DNA from: Methanobacteriota archaeon
GTDB lineage: Archaea; Thermoplasmatota; Thermoplasmata; SG8-5; JAGLSY01
Assembly: GCA_020696385.1 (NCBI GenBank)
Contig: JAEHCQ010000003.1
Location: forward strand, 1 to 64,000
Length of the DNA stretch: 64,000 nucleotides
Reading direction: 5' to 3'
Shown here one piece after another: positions 39,845-51,781 of this stretch; positions within the stretch are counted from its first letter, which is position 1; each line of letters opens with the position of its first letter. The translations under genes were made by a program, and so were the position numbers. The notes beneath the pieces are model-generated. The model ran no database searches. It saw nothing but the letters and a program-made list of their open reading frames with translations, and had not been told where the DNA came from.

Positions 39845-40915
39845 TCAGAGATCACCATACGCCTTCTTGATCTCTTTAGATGTTATTCTGGCCCTTTGGT
39901 CTTTTTTTCTTGCAAGGATGAATAATTCCCTCTGCATTTTCTTGTAATCACCATATCGTTCCTGCTCAAGATCACCCCTCTCGATCGCTTCCTTTATGGC
40001 ACATTTTGGTTCTGTACGATGTCTGCAATCATTGAACTTACATTGTGAGGCCAGTATCTCAATGTCCTCGAACATGGATCCAAGTGTTGTCTCATTACCC
40101 CACAGGCCAAGCTCGCGAATGCCGGGATTATCAATGACCAATGCTCCATTATCCAATACCATCAACTCGCGATTTGTTGTCACATGCCGGCCATGAGAAT
40201 CATGCTCCCTAACGGATCCTGTTTTCTGTTTTTCATGGCCAAGCAAAGTGTTTATGATAGTGGATTTACCAACACCAGAGGAACCCACGAGGCTTATCGT
40301 GATGGCAGGCTGGAGATATTCCTGTATCACATCCAGACCTTCTTTTCCCAGGGCGCTGGTGATATGTATTGGAATATCGGCATCGATCTTTCTGATAGCA
40401 TCTATCTTACTCTCTACATCCGCACATAGATCGGATTTATTCATTATGATGACCGGACGGGCTCCACTCTCGTGAGCCGCAAACATATATCTCTCCAGCC
40501 TTCGAATATTGAAATCCAGGTCCAGGCCAAGAACAATGAATATTATGTCAATATTGGATGAGATAACCTGGGCCTCGGTGATAAGATCCAGATTGCTGGC
40601 AACTTTCCTTTCAAGCGCGGTCCTTCTTGGTAAAAGACCATGTATAGACATCTTGCCAGTTATCCCATTACCCTTGACCGCCACCCAATCCCCGACAATT
40701 GGGAAATCACTTCTCTCCGTGGTATTGAACCTGAACTTGCCAGTGACCTTGCCCTCAAGTTCACCCTGTTCGGACATCGCGGTGTAAAGATTGACATGTT
40801 GGGCAGTTATGCGTGCGGGAATGAATCCCAAATCGAGATAGTTTTGGAAGGCCTCCTCAAAATAGGCAGACCATCCGAGTTCTTCCAGTTTCATAATATC
40901 GAAATTGAAAGTCAT
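39845..40915 (-). CDS. rsgA: Ribosome small subunit-dependent GTPase A
   Basis: OB-fold VGDWV, circularly permuted NKSD / GSSGVGKST / DNPGIRE, zinc finger CKFNDCRH...C. Confidence 0.93.
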   Translation of the reverse strand: MTFNFDIMKLEELGWSAYFEEAFQNYLDLGFIPARITAQHVNLYTAMSEQGELEGKVTGKFRFNTTERSDFPIVGDWVAVKGNGITGKMSIHGLLPRRTALERKVASNLDLITEAQVISSNIDIIFIVLGLDLDFNIRRLERYMFAAHESGARPVIIMNKSDLCADVESKIDAIRKIDADIPIHITSALGKEGLDVIQEYLQPAITISLVGSSGVGKSTIINTLLGHEKQKTGSVREHDSHGRHVTTNRELMVLDNGALVIDNPGIRELGLWGNETTLGSMFEDIEILASQCKFNDCRHRTEPKCAIKEAIERGDLEQERYGDYKKMQRELFILARKKDQRARITSKEIKKAYGDL

Positions 40916-41175
40916 AGAATAAATATATTTCGCTCATTCAATAAAAATTAGCCAGACTTGCTTCCACTGCCTATTGGCACATGGAAAGGTGCGGGGCGTT
41001 TTCAGTCAAGTTTTCTACAATTTCGGCTCTCATAGACTTTACCTCCGACTGAATAGATATTGAACAAAGGTGTATAAATAAATATTGAGATGGTAATTTG
41101 ATAAAATTCAGACAAAATCAATGCAAAAACAAGATGAATGAGCAAAAAACAATTATCGAAGATACCCAGACATAT

Positions 41176-41306
41176 TTTCATGTCCGATTCTTTAACAGAT
41201 AAGCAGAGAAACATCCCATTATTTCATATTTTTGTTTTATTTTTTTACTTCCGCATCTAACACCAAAATATAACCTATTCTGACAATTATCATAATGGTG
41301 ACAAAG
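41176..41306 (+). promoter_or_regulatory. Conserved promoter cassette copy C
   Basis: TCATGTCCGATT...AGAGAAACATCCCATTAT...CATCTAACACCAAAATATAACCTATTCTGACAAT...GGTGA. Confidence 0.65.
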
Positions 41307-41615
41307 ATGAAGATAAAGAAAAGATCAATAAAGAAAGGTGAGCTAGAAAAGGGGAATAAAGCCAAGGTGATAGGCATGGTGCTGGTAATGAGCCTCATCG
41401 CAATGGGTATGGGATATGGCATAGCGATGAAGCCGTTGCTAACCACAAAAGCATGTGATACGCAGAAGATAGTAGCCCCGATCCATTCGGATGAAATTCC
41501 AAATGAAGTAGATATGGTGGATCCAATTATTCCAATGACCGCATCACCAAAGGCATCATGTGTGTATGACAATGCAGGATGCTCCGGAATAGCAAGTGAC
41601 GTCAGGCATATTTAA
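41307..41615 (+). CDS. Small exported/membrane-anchored protein with conserved C-terminal peptide (paralogue of 44562-44885)
   Basis: Basic N-terminus, hydrophobic helix, ends AGCSGIASDVRHI. Confidence 0.75.
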   Translation: MKIKKRSIKKGELEKGNKAKVIGMVLVMSLIAMGMGYGIAMKPLLTTKACDTQKIVAPIHSDEIPNEVDMVDPIIPMTASPKASCVYDNAGCSGIASDVRHI

Positions 41616-41627
41616 TTCAGGATTAGA

Positions 41628-41661
41628 AGAACTGGCATCTTGCCCAATTGATGCCAGTTCT
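41628..41661 (+). terminator. Hairpin downstream of the small exported protein
   Basis: AGAACTGGCATC-loop-GATGCCAGTTCT. Confidence 0.6.
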
Positions 41662-41777
41662 CTCATACCTGTGATTGTGTGCCTGCAATATTTTTATTTT
41701 AAAATATATATTATATGCGTGGTATTTAAATGAGCGCTCGGGAAATATTTTTATCACTTAGCATTCTAACTATCTGC

Positions 41778-42719
41778 ATGCGATTCAAGTTCTACGACGA
41801 GGTGGATCCGGACCAGGTGAATGACATAATGCTCATATGCCATGGTGAGCCAGCTGACCGCAAACTGGTCGATAAGGTTAGGAGGACCGATCCTTTCAAT
41901 TCTCCCTGGTTCAGGATGTACGCTGTGGAAAAGGGACAGATAATGTCCCAGGTAGGCGCGACATATCCCATGATAGAGACCGCGCAGGGCAAAATGAAAA
42001 TTGGATATATAGAAGCCGTCGCCACCTTTCCCAGATATGCCAAGAAAGGTGTGGCCAGGAAGCTGATGAACAAGGTGCATGAACACATGATCGAGGATGA
42101 TGTGGATCTATTCTTCCTCGGTGCATCCAGGACCAGTGTGGCTCCACTTCTCTATTCTGATCTTGGCTATCATGTAATTGGAGAATATGACTGGGGGATG
42201 AAAAAGCGCCAGACATATCCAAAGACCGGCATCACCATGAAGGTGCGACGACACAAGATAGACAATGGCGATGAGATGTTCAGGAAAGCCATCAAAGGAA
42301 AATTGGGATTCATCCATAGGCCAGATGATTATCCTAAAAAGAAATCAACCTGGGGAGCCTTCTATCAAAAAGCAGTTACATTCTATCGAGATGAAAAACC
42401 AATTGGCTATGCCTATGTAAGGTTCATGGGTGAATATTTAGGGATAAGAGAGCTGGTATGCCCCAATGGCAAGGACTTTGCCCCATGCCTTCAAGCCCTG
42501 GAGAACCACTTCAAAAAACCAGAATATGTGACTCGCTCCTTGGTCGGCCCCTCACCTAGCCAGGCCAAGAAATATGAGGACTATGGATTCAGGACAATGG
42601 ACACATGGGGAATACACATGGCCATGGATCCAAAGGGCAAGATGAACCAGAAGCAGTTGGAAGAGCTCCTGGGAATCGATAAAGACTTATTTCAGATCAA
42701 GTCTTTGGACACTTACTGA
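41778..42719 (+). CDS. GNAT family acetyltransferase (Eis-like, tandem GNAT)
   Basis: IEAVATFPRYAKKGVARKLM...LYSDLGY. Confidence 0.85.
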   Translation: MRFKFYDEVDPDQVNDIMLICHGEPADRKLVDKVRRTDPFNSPWFRMYAVEKGQIMSQVGATYPMIETAQGKMKIGYIEAVATFPRYAKKGVARKLMNKVHEHMIEDDVDLFFLGASRTSVAPLLYSDLGYHVIGEYDWGMKKRQTYPKTGITMKVRRHKIDNGDEMFRKAIKGKLGFIHRPDDYPKKKSTWGAFYQKAVTFYRDEKPIGYAYVRFMGEYLGIRELVCPNGKDFAPCLQALENHFKKPEYVTRSLVGPSPSQAKKYEDYGFRTMDTWGIHMAMDPKGKMNQKQLEELLGIDKDLFQIKSLDTY

Positions 42720-42749
42720 ATAAAATGTTGATCCTTTGCCAGACTGTGC

Positions 42750-43014
42750 ACTCCAGCCCATCATCTTTAAATGGAAATAAGATGATCAGATCGACACATG
42801 CGGGGTATCCAGCCTGCATGGAATGCCTGGTATCATGGGAGGAGTGGCCGCAATCTTCGTGGTTGCTGGTCTTGACGTACAATCACAATTGATGGCCATC
42901 GCGATAACAGTGGCCATCGCAATAGGATCTGGCTGGTTCGTGGGACAGATACTCGCTCTTCTCGGAACGAGGATACTTCCATATGATGATTCGGAAGAAT
43001 TCCTGGATGAGTAG
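42750..43014 (+). pseudogene. C-terminal remnant of an Rh50-type ammonium transporter
   Basis: IDTCGVSSLHGMPGIMGGVAA...YDDSEEF; in-frame TAA at 42778; N-terminal three quarters absent. Confidence 0.75.
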
Positions 43015-43118
43015 AATAACAACAATAACCGGGGCAGGTGATTTTTCCTGCCCCGATACCCTTTTATTTTGACATGTCAAGATTCGGTTTATATATCAAA
43101 ACTAGCCTAATTCATTTT

Positions 43119-43874
43119 ATGTGTATGGTCGGCCCAAACTTGATAACTTTGCTCGGAGTCTTGATATTATCTGCGATGATATATGGACTTCTAAAGATCC
43201 ATATGGACGAGATCTTTGCAGGACTACTGGCCACAGGATTTTTATCATTGGGAATCATGGTAAATCTGTATGGAGTGCCATACGGAATGCCCAATCTTGA
43301 CCTTATCAAGGTCGGAGCCGCGATAGGAATCATCGCGACAATCGCCTATTATCTTTACGAGAGAGATAAAGTGTATCCAGATAAGAGAATATACAAGGCA
43401 TGGGGATTTGTTGTATTCATCTCGATATTGATAGTGATAGGAGGGCTTTTCACCACGACCGATAGATACCATGACCATTACTATGGCTCATTGTCGCCAG
43501 CCGGTACTTGGAATGAGATGGGAGCATCTTCCTCAACTGAAGGATATGCACAGTTTGGTACATTTTCTTTTGATGTAAAACCATTGGATTTTAAAATATT
43601 TGCCATAGCAAATGGCTCGGACATTGGAGTATTGGAATTCACGACAAATACAGGCACAGCACCCCAGGACATGACCTGGCATAATGGACCAGAAGGGGCT
43701 GAAGCTACCTATTTCGACTATAATCCAGCCGGAGGTGAGATCAACCAGGGCGATTACATTAATTTGACTGGCCTGAGTCCAGATACTGCCTATGAATTTG
43801 AAGTATTCCACACCAAAACAAATACCGTGGTTCCAATGACAGGAGTAGATGGTAATTTCACAACAGAACCGTGA
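43119..43874 (+). CDS. Four-TM protein with extracellular beta-rich C-terminal domain (pilin/FN3-like)
   Basis: Hydrophobic N-half; GEINQGDYINLTGLSPDTAYEF. Confidence 0.7.
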   Translation: MCMVGPNLITLLGVLILSAMIYGLLKIHMDEIFAGLLATGFLSLGIMVNLYGVPYGMPNLDLIKVGAAIGIIATIAYYLYERDKVYPDKRIYKAWGFVVFISILIVIGGLFTTTDRYHDHYYGSLSPAGTWNEMGASSSTEGYAQFGTFSFDVKPLDFKIFAIANGSDIGVLEFTTNTGTAPQDMTWHNGPEGAEATYFDYNPAGGEINQGDYINLTGLSPDTAYEFEVFHTKTNTVVPMTGVDGNFTTEP

Positions 43875-43920
43875 AGGTCCCCAATCACATTCATATACAC
43901 CAATCCCCATATTCCCTTCA

Positions 43921-44292
43921 ATGTCCAAGGGGAAGAGATCGGGTAATAAAGAGAGACAAAAAGAGGAGACCAGAAGATCCTATCTGCTGTTCGTGTATTA
44001 TCTGATATTGCTATTCATCGGCATACTGGTGATGTACATCGTCAATGTGATATTCGGAGAGATATCATACGCGGTTCTGACCTTCGCTTTCTTCGCAATT
44101 TTCATGGTATGGCTCATCATCAAGACCTCGAGAAACAATACCAAAGTGCTTCGATCATACGATTACATGCACTCGGTCAATAAGATGCAGCCCAGGAAGA
44201 TCAAGAACACGCGGTGGAAATCATCCCTGAAGCATCAGGAGAAGGCCCGTAAGACCAAGTACAAGGCCTATGATAAGAAGCGATACAAATGA
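43921..44292 (+). CDS. Two-TM basic hypothetical protein
   Basis: Two hydrophobic helices flanked by Lys/Arg-rich segments. Confidence 0.7.
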   Translation: MSKGKRSGNKERQKEETRRSYLLFVYYLILLFIGILVMYIVNVIFGEISYAVLTFAFFAIFMVWLIIKTSRNNTKVLRSYDYMHSVNKMQPRKIKNTRWKSSLKHQEKARKTKYKAYDKKRYK

Positions 44293-44453
44293 TTATTTTT
44301 TTATTTGATATTTGTTATAATTATTGGGGCAAAATACCACGCGATCTTCAGATTTCGACCTCATCTCATTAATTCCTGAAAGTGCCCACTTATTGGTCAC
44401 TTTTGCTCATTTTAGTTATGAACTTTGACCACTCTATATAGAAATAGACTTCA

Positions 44454-44548
44454 TGAGGGCTCCCCAAACTCGGCTTTGGGATATGAGCCCTTATTGAATC
44501 CAACCCAAGCAAATACTGCGGTATTGTAGCTTGGGGATGATTCAACAA
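44454..44548 (+). ncRNA. Two-hairpin structured leader / candidate small RNA
   Basis: AGGGCTC-CCCAAA...TTTGGG-GAGCCCT and TTGAATC-CCCAAGC-AATAC(TGCG)GTATT-GCTTGGG-GATTCAA with cUNCGg loop; TATA-like sequence at ~44434. Confidence 0.5.
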
Positions 44549-44561
44549 AAGAGGTCGGGAT

Positions 44562-44885
44562 GTGAAAAAAATGACAATGAGAAGTATAAGGAAAAAGAGG
44601 GCAAGTACGATGAAAGACAGCTTCAACGGAACATTACTGGTTGCCGTATTCGTGACAGCCTCCCTATTGTTCATGGGAGTAGGATCATTGGCAGCAAGCC
44701 AAGATCGCGAGGTAACAGACACGGCCAGAGCACCACCAACAGGATATTACACAATAACCGGGGCCGATGGAATACCTGTTCACACTACACAGATAGACAC
44801 AACAAGCCAGGCACCACCAGTAAAGGAGATCACAACAAGCCAGGGCGGATTGTCAGGATTCGCAAGCGGTGTCAGCCACGTTTAA
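44562..44885 (+). CDS. Small exported/membrane-anchored protein with conserved C-terminal peptide (paralogue of 41307-41615)
   Basis: Basic N-terminus, hydrophobic helix, Thr/Pro-rich linker, ends GGLSGFASGVSHV. Confidence 0.75.
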   Translation: MKKMTMRSIRKKRASTMKDSFNGTLLVAVFVTASLLFMGVGSLAASQDREVTDTARAPPTGYYTITGADGIPVHTTQIDTTSQAPPVKEITTSQGGLSGFASGVSHV

Positions 44886-44960
44886 GGCTGATACCGTTCC
44901 ATTTTATTTTATTCATACTGAACCAAAATCCTATTAAGTTGGTTCGTGGTTGTACATAAT

Positions 44961-45581
44961 ATGGCAAATAAAGTGAAGGATAAGCTTGAGCCCATTGTCT
45001 GGGCTAGTGCCGGATTGCTGGTGATAGGAATGATCCTGGCCTGGTACAATCTGATAATGTTCGATATCGGACCTTTCAATGTCTGGCTTGACAATGACAT
45101 ATACAGATACCTGGCATTTATCCCCGCCTTTATGAGCATACTGCCCTGGTCGAACGCGGTCTTCAATAAACAGCCGATCTGCCTGAGGAACTCGGGCATA
45201 TTTCTGTGCATGACACTTATACTTCCAAGCATGATTCTGGGAATTATCGCGATAGTAATCGTCTACGGAAGGGGAATAGCTGGCTCTACCGGTGAAGGGG
45301 ATGGAAAGCCCGCCCTGGAATTCTCACTGTCCAGGACATGCGAAGGTGATGCTTTCGACACCTTTCCAAGATCCACAACACGGATAGACATCGAGAAAAC
45401 TCTGGCCATTCTAAAGGCCAGAGATTATACCGAACTCTCTAACACAGGTAATATGTGTGAAGTGGAGAAGGATGGCATGGAGATCACGATATTCTCCAGT
45501 GGCAGATTACTTGTTGGATCTGCAGACTTTGATATTGCTAGCAAGACAGCAGCGATGATCTATGAGATGATCGTCGAATAA
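44961..45581 (+). CDS. Three-TM protein with soluble C-terminal alpha/beta domain
   Basis: TM helices then ...EITIFSSGRLLV... Confidence 0.75.
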   Translation: MANKVKDKLEPIVWASAGLLVIGMILAWYNLIMFDIGPFNVWLDNDIYRYLAFIPAFMSILPWSNAVFNKQPICLRNSGIFLCMTLILPSMILGIIAIVIVYGRGIAGSTGEGDGKPALEFSLSRTCEGDAFDTFPRSTTRIDIEKTLAILKARDYTELSNTGNMCEVEKDGMEITIFSSGRLLVGSADFDIASKTAAMIYEMIVE

Positions 45582-45717
45582 TGGGTTGATCGAAACCACA
45601 CACTATACCCCTAGATTCCCTGGTACCAACAAGATTTTTCACACCATTGGTAAAAACCTCTAAATACTCTTTTGCATTACAGTCTCATGCCCTTGTTCAA
45701 GGGGAGGATGCGATATA

Positions 45718-46344
45718 TTGGCTCTTTCATGGCTCATTCCGCAGGAGAAGAAATTTTTCGACATGATCATTGAGCAGAGTGCTAATGTCAAAGGCGGTGT
45801 CAAGTACCTGAATACAATGATGACCGATTTCACCGATCTAGAGCAAAAAGCGCATAATCTGAAGAAGATCGAGAGAAAAGGGGACCGCATGGTGCATGAT
45901 ATACATGAGGAATTGAACAAGACATTCATCACCCCCATTGACCGGGAGGACATCGTAGAGCTCACATCATCGCTGGATGACATACTGGACCATGCCGATA
46001 ATGTGGCAGATAATATCGTGCTGTTCAAGATCGAAGAACCCACGAAGGCGATGATAGATCTGGTGTGCAATTTCAACAGAGCGGTGGAAGAGGTGGACAC
46101 GGCAATTAACCACCTAAAGGACATGAAGAAGCCGAAGGATACAAAACACTGCTGTCGCGAGATAAGTAATTTCGAGCGTGAGGGCGATACGATCTACAGG
46201 AAGGCCATAGCCGAATTATTTCAAACCGAGGATGCCATTGAAATTATCAAGCTCAAGGAGCTATACACTAATATAGAATTAGCAGTAAACAGGTGTGAGG
46301 ATGTAGCCGATGTTTTGAACGGCATCCTGATCAAATACGCCTGA
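45718..46344 (+). CDS. DUF47 phosphate transport regulator (PhoU-like)
   Basis: ERKGD...LNKTFITPIDREDI...LDDILD; upstream of pit. Confidence 0.92.
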   Translation: MALSWLIPQEKKFFDMIIEQSANVKGGVKYLNTMMTDFTDLEQKAHNLKKIERKGDRMVHDIHEELNKTFITPIDREDIVELTSSLDDILDHADNVADNIVLFKIEEPTKAMIDLVCNFNRAVEEVDTAINHLKDMKKPKDTKHCCREISNFEREGDTIYRKAIAELFQTEDAIEIIKLKELYTNIELAVNRCEDVADVLNGILIKYA

Positions 46345-46357
46345 CCGGAGATATATT

Positions 46358-47395
46358 ATGGCTATTGAGCAGTTTATGTTTCTGGGCTCAACGGTCATTA
46401 TCCTTGCCCTGATATTTGACTTCACAAATGGTTTTCATGATTCAGCGAATGCAATCGCCACGGTGGTCTCCACCAAGGTTTTGTCTCCCGGAAAGGCTGT
46501 GGCCATGGCCGCTTTCTTCAACTTCATCGCAGCTTTTGCTGGGAGCACGGCCGTGGCATCCACGATGACCAAGATCCTTCACCTGGAGAATTTCGGTTAC
46601 GAGCAGGCCAAGATCGTTCTCATCGTAATGTTTGCCGGCGTGCTGGGGGCTGTGATCTGGAATCTCTTTACATGGATATTAGGACTGCCGACATCATCTT
46701 CCCACGCCCTCATCGGAGGTGTGATAGGTGCTGGAATTGTCTCGGCCGGATTGGGTGCCGTGCAATGGACAACACTATGGACCGTTATCATATTCATGGT
46801 CGTATCACCACTTATCGGTATGCTCTTTGGTTTCCTGTTGATGACTGCTGTTCTATGGATAGTTCGCAAGAAAACACCACGTTCAGTAGACGGCTACTTC
46901 AAGAAACTCCAGCTTTTCAGCGCAGCTCTTTTCAGCTTCAGCCACGGTCTCAATGACGCCCAGAAGACCATGGGGATAATCGCAACGGCTCTATGGTGCA
47001 TGGGCTGGTACGGCGCGACCGCGGACGTCAAGCACCTGGACATCAATCTCTGGATAGTCCTTTCAGCCCACTCGGCCATCGCGCTGGGCACAATGATGGG
47101 GGGCTGGCGGATAGTCAAGACCATGGGCAGTAAGATAACGAAGCTCGACCCGATACATGGTTTTAGCGCGGAGACCGCGGGTGCTGGGGCTGTCATCGGA
47201 ACTTCACTTTTAGGCATCCCTATCAGCACGACACATGTGATTTCTTCATCCATTATTGGAGTTGGCGCGACCAGACGATTGAGCGCCGTGCGTTGGGGGG
47301 TTGCAAGGCGCATTGTGTGGGCGTGGATATTCACGATCCCGAGTGGAGCAGTGGTCGGGGCGTTTATCTATTATATCGCGGCCGCGGTGCTTTGA
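46358..47395 (+). CDS. pit: Inorganic phosphate transporter, PiT family
   Basis: NGFHDSANAIAT, GLPTSSSHA, SHGLNDAQKTMG, PISTTH. Confidence 0.96.
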   Translation: MAIEQFMFLGSTVIILALIFDFTNGFHDSANAIATVVSTKVLSPGKAVAMAAFFNFIAAFAGSTAVASTMTKILHLENFGYEQAKIVLIVMFAGVLGAVIWNLFTWILGLPTSSSHALIGGVIGAGIVSAGLGAVQWTTLWTVIIFMVVSPLIGMLFGFLLMTAVLWIVRKKTPRSVDGYFKKLQLFSAALFSFSHGLNDAQKTMGIIATALWCMGWYGATADVKHLDINLWIVLSAHSAIALGTMMGGWRIVKTMGSKITKLDPIHGFSAETAGAGAVIGTSLLGIPISTTHVISSSIIGVGATRRLSAVRWGVARRIVWAWIFTIPSGAVVGAFIYYIAAAVL

Positions 47396-47618
47396 TATTG
47401 TTTTATTTACATCCACAATATTTTTATTTATAATTGTTTATAATTATTAAATTAAAAACCATCTATTCCATAGTTTCATCTTTCACACCCTAGAGTTATA
47501 GATGAAATAGAGGGTTCTGTGGTGTTATTATTTTGGAAGGTGATTCATGCTCCATAGCCCCGTTCCCCAACCACAACCCTTATCTGCCTTCCCTCAATTA
47601 ACCAATTGGAGATAGAAA

Positions 47619-48380
47619 ATGTTCTCAAAAGCGATGGTCAAGATCCCATGCAAAAACATGGTGAATGGGATTACCACAGCTGGACTTGGCAAGCCAAATT
47701 ATGATCTTGCCATAAAGCAACATTCACATTATGTCCAAGCACTGAAAGATATAGGGCTTGAGGTAACTGTTCTCAAGGCAGACGAAAATTATCCAGACTC
47801 GACATTTATCGAAGATACCTGTTTAATGACACCAAAATGTGCGATCATCACAAATCCCGGTTCCCATTTAAGAAGAAATGAGATCTGTGCAGTTGATGAA
47901 GCCGTAAAGGACCTGGGTCTGAATATTGAGTATATCAAAGACCCTGGGACTCTTGATGCAGGGGACATCATGATGGTAGGCGATCATTATTTTGTAGGGC
48001 TGTCAGAAAGAACGAACATTGAAGGTGCCAGGCAGTTGAATACCATATTGGAGAATTATGGTATGAGCTCATCGACAATCGAGCTTGAGAATGTACTCCA
48101 CCTGAAAACTGGAATATCATATCTTGAAAATAACAATTTGCTTGCTGCAGGTGAGTTTTTGACAAAACAAGAGCTCCAGACATTCAATATTTTAAAAGTG
48201 GATGTAGATGAAGGTTATGCTGCCAATTCGGTCTGGATCAATGACCATGTTCTTGTACCAGCTGGATTTCCAAAAACAAAGAATATGATCGAAGATGCAG
48301 GCTATAAGGTCATTGAATTAGATGTTTCTGAATTTAGAAAGCTGGATGGTGGCTTGAGCTGTCTGTCATTGAGATTTTGA
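47619..48380 (+). CDS. Dimethylarginine dimethylaminohydrolase
   Basis: PDSTFIED, LDAGD, LHLKTG, KLDGGLSCLSLRF catalytic Cys. Confidence 0.9.
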   Translation: MFSKAMVKIPCKNMVNGITTAGLGKPNYDLAIKQHSHYVQALKDIGLEVTVLKADENYPDSTFIEDTCLMTPKCAIITNPGSHLRRNEICAVDEAVKDLGLNIEYIKDPGTLDAGDIMMVGDHYFVGLSERTNIEGARQLNTILENYGMSSSTIELENVLHLKTGISYLENNNLLAAGEFLTKQELQTFNILKVDVDEGYAANSVWINDHVLVPAGFPKTKNMIEDAGYKVIELDVSEFRKLDGGLSCLSLRF

Positions 48381-48505
48381 TTAGTGTTCACACGCCATAC
48401 CCCCACATAGAGTGAGGAATTACCATATACAACCGATCTTCCACCTGAAAACTAGATTTTACTGATATTATAAGATTCTAAACACGCGAATTGAATTGCT
48501 GGGGT

Positions 48506-48628
48506 CATGCCCCGTCTGAAGCGATGCCGAAGGCGAGCGAGAGGGCGGGGTTTCACCAATTGGACAGGTGACAATACCAACGTGCTCTCTATTTGAAAAC
48601 CTCGCCTGTGAGGGCGGGGATGTTCAAA
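48506..48628 (+). mobile_element. IS200/IS605 end-like miniature element
   Basis: Hairpins GCCCCGTC...GGCGGGGTTTCAC and CCTCGCCTGTGAGGGCGGGGATGTTCAA ending in TCAC/TCAA; no transposase ORF. Confidence 0.6.
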
Positions 48629-48660
48629 CTTATGATTTTTAATCGGCAGCTACGCTGCAT

Positions 48661-48702
48661 GATTAAAAATATAAAATGGACCCCTCGGCCGAAGCCAAGG
48701 GG
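48661..48702 (-). terminator. Terminator of the 23S transcript
   Basis: GC hairpin CCCCTTGGC-TTCG-GCCGAGGGG followed by T-rich tract on the minus strand. Confidence 0.65.
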
Positions 48703-48712
48703 TGTGGGAAAT

Positions 48713-48744
48713 GCCATATACAACCTGTGTAACGGACAAGCCGA
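48713..48744 (-). other. 3' arm of the pre-23S processing stem (BHB motif)
   Basis: Inverted repeat of 51750-51781; central helix GACG/CGUU with 3-nt bulges. Confidence 0.8.
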
Positions 48745-48766
48745 AACTGTTAAGCGTCTAGTATAT

Positions 48767-51744
<2,978 letters not shown>

Positions 51745-51749
51745 GACTA

Positions 51750-51781
51750 TCGGCTTGACACACGTCCAGGTTGTATATGGC
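51750..51781 (-). other. 5' arm of the pre-23S processing stem
   Basis: GCCATATACAACCTGGACGTGTGTCAAGCCGA pairs with 48713-48744. Confidence 0.8.

Noticed and set aside
44341-44445. Possible fourth copy of the promoter cassette
   Set aside because: Only GAAAGTGCCCACTT resembles the middle box; the other boxes and spacing do not match convincingly.
48423-48434. 12-mer CCATATACAACC repeating part of the 23S processing arm
   Set aside because: Short match without extension; cannot be distinguished from chance or an old duplication.
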